The position numbers and the translations under genes were made by a program. Of a DNA stretch of 64,000 nucleotides, positions 63,183-64,000 are shown one piece after another; within the stretch, counting starts at the first letter, position 1, and each line of letters opens with the position of its first letter. A model generated the notes under the pieces. It was not told the origin of the DNA, made no database searches, and was given only the letters and a program-made list of their open reading frames with translations. Source of the DNA: Stegostoma tigrinum. Taxonomy: Eukaryota. The stretch spans positions 19,400,226 through 19,464,225 of the forward strand of contig NC_081354.1 of the NCBI RefSeq assembly GCF_030684315.1, read 5' to 3'.

Positions 63183-64000
63183 TAGCGAGTTTTGAGAAGA
63201 TTTGTAGCTCAGGTTGAGGTTCTGGATGTGAGTTTGCTCGCTGAGCTGGAAGGTTCGTTTTCAGACGTTTCGTCACCATACTAGGTAGCATCAGTGAGCC
63301 TCCGACGAAGCGCTGGTGTTATGTCCCGCTTTCTATTTATCTGGTTAGGTTTCCTTGGGTTGGTGATGTCATTTCCTGCGTTGGTGATGTCATTTCCTGT
63401 TCTTATTTTCTCAGGGGATGGTAGATTGATTTGGAACCAATGTGTTTGTTGATGGAGTTCCGGTTGGAATGCCATGCTTCTAGGAATTCTCGTGCATGTC
63501 TCTGTTTGGCTTGTCCGAGGATGGACGTGTTGTCCCAATCAAAGTGGTGTCCTTCCTCATCTGTATGTAAGGATACGAGTGATAGTGGGTCATGTCGTTT
63601 TGTGGCTAGTTGATGTTCATATATCCTGGTGGCTAGCTTTCTGCCCGTTTGTCCAATGTAGTGTTTGTCACAGTTCTTGCAAGGTATTTTGTAGATGACG
63701 TTCGTTTTATTTGTTGTCTGTATAGGGTCTTGACAAATAAAACGAACGTCATCTACAAAATACCTTGCAAGAACTGTGACAAACACTACATTGGACAAAC
63801 TGGCAGAAAGCTAGCCACCAGGATATATGAACATCAACTAGCCACAAAACGACATGACCCACTATCACTCGTATCCTTACATACAGATGAGGAAGGACAC
63901 CACTTTGATTGGGACAACACGTCCATCCTCGGACAAGCCAAACAGAGACATGCACGAGAATTCCTAGAAGCATGGCATTCCAACCGGAACTCCATCAACA
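63183..64000. mobile_element. Young fold-back Penelope-like element (family 3), running off the window end
   Basis: Minus arm encodes GIY-YIG (NVIYKIPCKNCDKHYIGQTGRKLATRIYEH...AREFLEAW); 63447-63714 is mirrored almost perfectly by 63733-64000; hammerhead-like CTGATG..TACC TAGTAT GGTG AC GAAACGTC on minus at ~63262-63292; 21-bp tandem repeat at ~63360-63399. Confidence 0.92.

Noticed and set aside
48163-64000. Next KIAA0232 coding exon (expected to continue roughly SSGIETLVEELC)
   Set aside because: No matching translation with splice sites was found by eye; it probably lies beyond the window.

Overview
Vertebrate genomic DNA, most likely an elasmobranch (shark), inferred from HE1/V-SINE-type and Deu-type SINEs, abundant CR1 LINEs and Penelope-like elements. 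It is not prokaryotic, and almost all ORFs in the track are spurious. The window holds the CpG-island promoter (~5.7-7.6 kb) and 5' part of a KIAA0232 orthologue on +: a 497-nt exon with the start codon at 38400-38896, a 138-nt coding exon at 48025-48162, and further exons beyond the window. An intact, intronless, divergent actin-family gene (372 aa) is nested antisense in the 5'-UTR intron, with substitutions at the positions of actin Q137, D157, H161 and H73. The most striking repeat pattern is at least five fold-back (inverted) Penelope-like insertions from three families, 0.2 to 2.5 kb long. Three have 13-15 bp target-site duplications, the four complete ones have a ~35-40 nt tail on one arm only, and the arms carry minimal hammerhead-ribozyme-like cores. 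Two are ~210-230 bp MITE-like hairpins that fold back at the ribozyme core. The KIAA0232 start exon carries four short uORFs. All calls were made by eye, and repeat boundaries are approximate.
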